The translations under genes and the position numbers were made by a program. Below, in pieces: positions 59,801-64,000 of a stretch of DNA of 64,000 nucleotides (positions are counted from its first letter, which is position 1; each line of letters starts with the position of its first letter). The DNA lies in NCBI GenBank assembly GCA_004431415.1, contig QPMI01000430.1, positions 6,109 to 70,108 on the forward strand. The letters are read 5' to 3'. Below the pieces are notes generated by a model that worked only from the letters and a program-made list of their open reading frames with translations, did not search any database and was not told the DNA's origin. This DNA comes from Cyanophora paradoxa CCMP329 (taxonomy: Eukaryota; Plantae; Glaucophyta).

Positions 59801-62800
59801 GCAGCGGCGTCTTCCGCTCGTCGTCCGAGTCCCGCTCTTCAGCTGCCCGCCGGGCCGCGGCGCCGGCCCGCCGATCATACGGGGCCCGGGCCCGGGGCAG
59901 GCGGGACGAGGGCGCACCGCGGAGGCGGCCCATGGCGGAGCCCATGCGCGTGGCCTCGCCGACGGCCGTCACGAGCATGCGGCCCACGCCCGTGCACACC
60001 TGCGCGCCCCGGCGCGGCGCGGCGTCGGCCCGCGGCCTCGCTCTCAGCAGACCGGCCTGCCGTGCGGACCTGGGTGCCGGCGAGGAGCAGGGGGCTGGCG
60101 GGGCCCTTCTTGACGGCGTCGCTCTCGCCCGTGAGCCCGCTCTCGTCCGCCTCCAGCCCGAAGCCCGCCACCAGCACCCCGTCCGCAGGCACCTGCCCCC
60201 AGAGTCAGGGGGGGGAGGGGGAAGGGAGAAAGGGAGGCGAGGGGCACGGGGGCACGCCTGGTCGCCGGCCTCGAGGAGGACGAGGTCCCCCACCACCAGC
60301 TCCGACGCCTGCACCTGTACCCCGGCGTCGGGGGGGCAAGGAGGGGCCGGGGGGTACGGCGTGCCTCGCGGGGGGCGCCGCCGCGGACGACGCGGGCGCG
60401 GCGGTCGTTCTTCACGCGGTTCAGGGCCCGGAACTACGCCTCCTTCCTGCGGCCGGCGCGCCTCAGAGGGGCCGCGGGGGGCGCCGGGGCCGGGGCCGGG
60501 CGGGGGACGGGCGTGTAGTTGTTGGCGGCGGTGACCACCGAGACGAGAGCCACGGCGCCCAGGATGGAGACCCCGTCCACCCAGGGGGGTACCCCCTCGT
60601 GCGGCACCACGACCATCGCCGCCCCCGGCGCCTCCCGCGGGCCCCGCGCGGCCTCCGCCCGCCGCTCCTCCACCCCCGGCGGAGCGCCCGGCGGCGGCGG
60701 CGGGCCTGCGGGCGTTCGGCGGGGCGGAGGCGGGGCGGGACGGAGGGGAAAGGCTTGGAGGCGGCGCACGGGGCCCTGTGTGGCGAGGGAGACGGCGATG
60801 GAGACGCCGGCGGCGGCGACGAGGATGCGCAGCGTGCCGTCCTGCAGCGCCTCCCACAGCCTGGCAGCAGCGACCCGAACGACCGGCCCGCCGCCTCCGG
60901 CACCGCGTTCGCCCCGCCCCTGCCCCCGCGTCGGCCGCCCGACGGCCCGCGGCGGCAGAGAGTGCGTTCGGAGAGCTTCTGCGCACCGCGCGCGGCGCTC
61001 GGCGATGGCGGCGGGGTCGTCGGGGAGGCCGTCCACCGCGTCGCTCCCGAGCCGCCGCGCCAGCTCCTCCGGCGGCTCCGGCGCAGCCTGCGGGGCGCCC
61101 GCCGGCGCCGACGGGGCCGGCCGCGGACCCGCCGGCCGCTCGGGCGCCGCATCCGCGACGGCCTGCGCATACGATTCGAACGCGGCCGGTTCGGAGGGCG
61201 CGTCGGCGATCGGGCCGCGGGGGCGCGCGCGGCCGTGCAGCAGCACTCACGTGCTCCGAGGAGACCACAAAGCGCATCGGGAACCTTCGTCTGCTGTCCT
61301 CGCTCGCGTGCAGGCGTTGCGCGCCGGCGCCGAGGCGCCGGCCGAAGGAGGAACCGAGCTGGAACTGCCGCCTAGGCAGGACGCGGGCGTACGTGCACCT
61401 TGCTCTCGCCCTGGCGCACTGCGAACGGGGCCGGGGGGGTCAGGGACGTGCCTCGCAGACGAGATGACGCGCGTGCGGGCTGAGGGGAGACGGGTTGCAG
61501 GGGGCGCACCGAGCTTGCGCTGCTGCAATGCTCCCCCCCCTGATCGCTCTGCGGCGGCCGAGGGGGCCGCCAGCGCTAGCGGAGCGAGGAACATCGGAAT
61601 CACGAGTACCCCCGTCAAAGTACGACCCCCCATCTCGAACTGGTTGTGCGTGAATGTTGATGGCGCAAAGCGGTGCTTCCGAGCGCCTGTCGCGTTCTTG
61701 CGGTAGCCCCCGCTTTCGCTGCTCCGCTCAGCGCAGACGCACAGACCCGCTCCAGCTCGTCAGGCGCCGCCGCTGCAGCGGTCCCTGCGGGCCCGCTGTG
61801 CGTCACCGGCAGCAGCGATGCGGCGATCGACGACACCTGGCCTGCCGGGCCCGCGCTCCGACAACGTGCGCGTCGACGAGTTCGAGGAGCTGGAACCGGA
61901 CTTTGACAGCTGCAGCGCTTACGACGTTCTCCACCGCTCTCGCGACGCCGTGCCCGAGCGCTATAAGGCGGAGGAGGTCAAGTCTCCTGCAGCTGCGTGG
62001 AACAGATGGCACGCGGACCGGGCCCGCGGCCCCCGCATGCCCGCTCAGGTGCGGCGGCTCGCTCGCCTGCGCATCGTCCTCACAACATTAAGCGGGCTCT
62101 GCGTCGCGCTAACTGAGCTCTGGCGTGGCCCACAGCAGCGGCAGCAGCAGACAATTCGCGTGACGGTCTCGAGCTCGCCGCCGATGGCCGCCCCGCCACC
62201 GCTCGGCTCCGCGGTCATGGTGCGCACGCGCGCTTCGACAGCTTCGACGGCTCACTCTTCTCCTCCGCTCGGCGCCGCGGCCTCGCCGCTGCCGCTGCCG
62301 CCAACCAGAGGCGGTTCGCTGACCGCTCGGGCCGGGGCGGCAGGTGCGGGTCGTGCGGGTCGCGGAGCACGCGGCGGCCGCGCGGGTCGCGGAGCACGCG
62401 GCGGCCGCGCGGAGCGGCCTGCGCCCGTCGTACGCCAGCGTGCCCGCCTTCCCTCGGAGGCCTCCCGCGTTCCTCGCCCGGTCCGCCCGCGCCCCGCCGC
62501 CCCACCCGCCGCCGGCCTTCGCTGACGGGCGCGACCGCGAGCGCGCAGGGTGGCCGAGCGGTTCGGGGTGCGGCCGGCGCCCCGGCGCTGGGTCGGCTCT
62601 TCGTGGAGGCCGCCGGGGGCGCGGCGGAGATCGCTGAGACCGCCGCCCTTCTCGCCGTGCGCCCCGCCGCTGCCCGCCCCCGGCCCAAGGCCCGCCTTAC
62701 CGCCCGGGCCCCCCGCAGGTCGGCTCCGACCCGGTCATCTACGCGGCCCCGGGGGACCGCTGCCCGGCCCCGCCGGCCAGCCCCGCGCCCGCCTCCGCCC

Positions 62801-64000
62801 CTCGGGCCCGCCCCGCGGCCGCGCCCAGCGGGCCGGGCTCCGGCTCCGGCAGCTCGGGCTCGTCGGCCCTGAGCGGGTCGGCGTCGGCGGCTCGGGCCCG
62901 GGCGCCCCCCCGGCTCCTCCGCATCGAGCCTCGAGGGGGACACCCGTGCGCCCGTCTCTGACGGCCGCCCCGCCGCCGCCCCGCGCCCCGCCGACGCCCG
63001 GCCGCAGACCACAGCCGGGAGATGTCGGGCCGGCTGCTGTCGGGGCCGGCGCCGCTGCTGAGCCCCGCCGTGCTCCCCGCGCCCACCGCGCGCCGCGTCC
63101 GCCTCTCGCCGCCGGCCGCCTCCGCGCCGGCGCGCTGCCGCCCTCCTCCGCGCGCCTGACGTACGCGCTGCCCTCGTCGCACGTGCTCCCGCCGCCCCTG
63201 CTGCTGCCCGCCGCGCCCGAGGCCGCCGCCGGCGACGCGCTGGCGCTCGCCTCGCCGGCGGCGTCGGCGCTCTCGGCGGGGTCGTACCCGGCGACGCCGG
63301 GGAGCGCGCTGAGCCGGCGGACGGTGCACGAGGAGGCCGCCTTCCTCCACCGCCTCTACGGCGGCGGGCCCGCGACGTCCGCCCGCCCGCCCCTCTTCTC
63401 GCGCGCCTCTGTCTGACGCCCGCCGGCCCCCCGCCCAGCTGCGGAGCGCCGGGTCGCCGCCGGGGAGCCCCGGGGGCGGCGGGGCGTGGGCGGCGAGCCT
63501 GGACGGCTCGGCGTACGGCTCGCTGCCCTCGCTGCGCGGCCTCAAGTCCCGCCGCCGCGCCTCCGAGATGGCCTCCTCCGACGTCTACTGGGTACCCCGC
63601 CTCGCCTTCCTCCCCGCCGCCTTCCTCCCCGCCTCCGCCGCCGCCGCTCACGCCGCCCCCGCGCCCCCGTGCCGCAGAACGAGAGCAGCAACATGCGGAG
63701 CCGGCTGCGGCCCTACGTCTGGTTCCGCATCGCCTGTGCGCGCCTCCCGCGGCAGCCTCGCGCGCCGGGGTCCGAGCGGGGGCGCGCAGGCGTGCTGCAG
63801 GCGGCGGCGGGCGTGTACTACTTCTACTGGCGCTTCAGCGCGACGGTGCCGGGGCGCGGCCTCGCCACGACAACCTCGTCGAACCTGGCGGTGTGGACGC
63901 TCTTCATGGCCTTCGACCTGTGGACCTTCCTCACCTGCAACCTCTTCCTGCTGAACCTCTGGAAGCGCAACGAGCGCGACACGCGGCCCCTCGACGACTG
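59801..64000. repeat. Segmental duplicate (copy 3): 5' Ca-ATPase fragment (-) and cellulose-synthase-like gene (+) running off the window
   Basis: High identity to copy 2 and to 8661-12330. Confidence 0.85.

Overview
GC-rich, intron-dense eukaryotic (protist/algal-type) host DNA carrying two AT-rich endogenous viral elements. The main one is a complete ~29.2 kb Polinton-like virus (PLV)/Maverick-type provirus at 28505-57672. It has a perfect 6-bp target-site duplication (GACCCA) and ~1.1-1.4 kb terminal inverted repeats (TIRs). It encodes an rve integrase, protein-primed PolB (pPolB), a PolA-like primase/SF3 helicase, an A32 packaging ATPase, a double-jelly-roll major capsid protein and two pentons. 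Accessory genes include a ~1960-aa phage-type fibre with an S74 chaperone, a patatin-discoidin lipase, a DNA adenine methyltransferase, an HNH-AP2 endonuclease and an AdoMet decarboxylase. Each terminus is an 85-nt fold-back: a perfect 28-bp stem whose loop holds three tandem GCGAAGC mini-hairpins. A second, related viral element occupies 1-~5500; only fibre-type genes are visible and the rest lies outside the window. Host DNA contains a complete PMCA-type Ca2+-ATPase gene with about one third GC-AG introns, two partial duplicates of that locus together with a neighbouring cellulose-synthase-like gene, two surface-protein genes and several MITEs. The edges of the duplicates appear inflated by short templated insertions. 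Many genes carry 1-nt frameshifts that may be assembly errors. All calls come from reading motifs by eye; no database searches were run and the host species cannot be identified.
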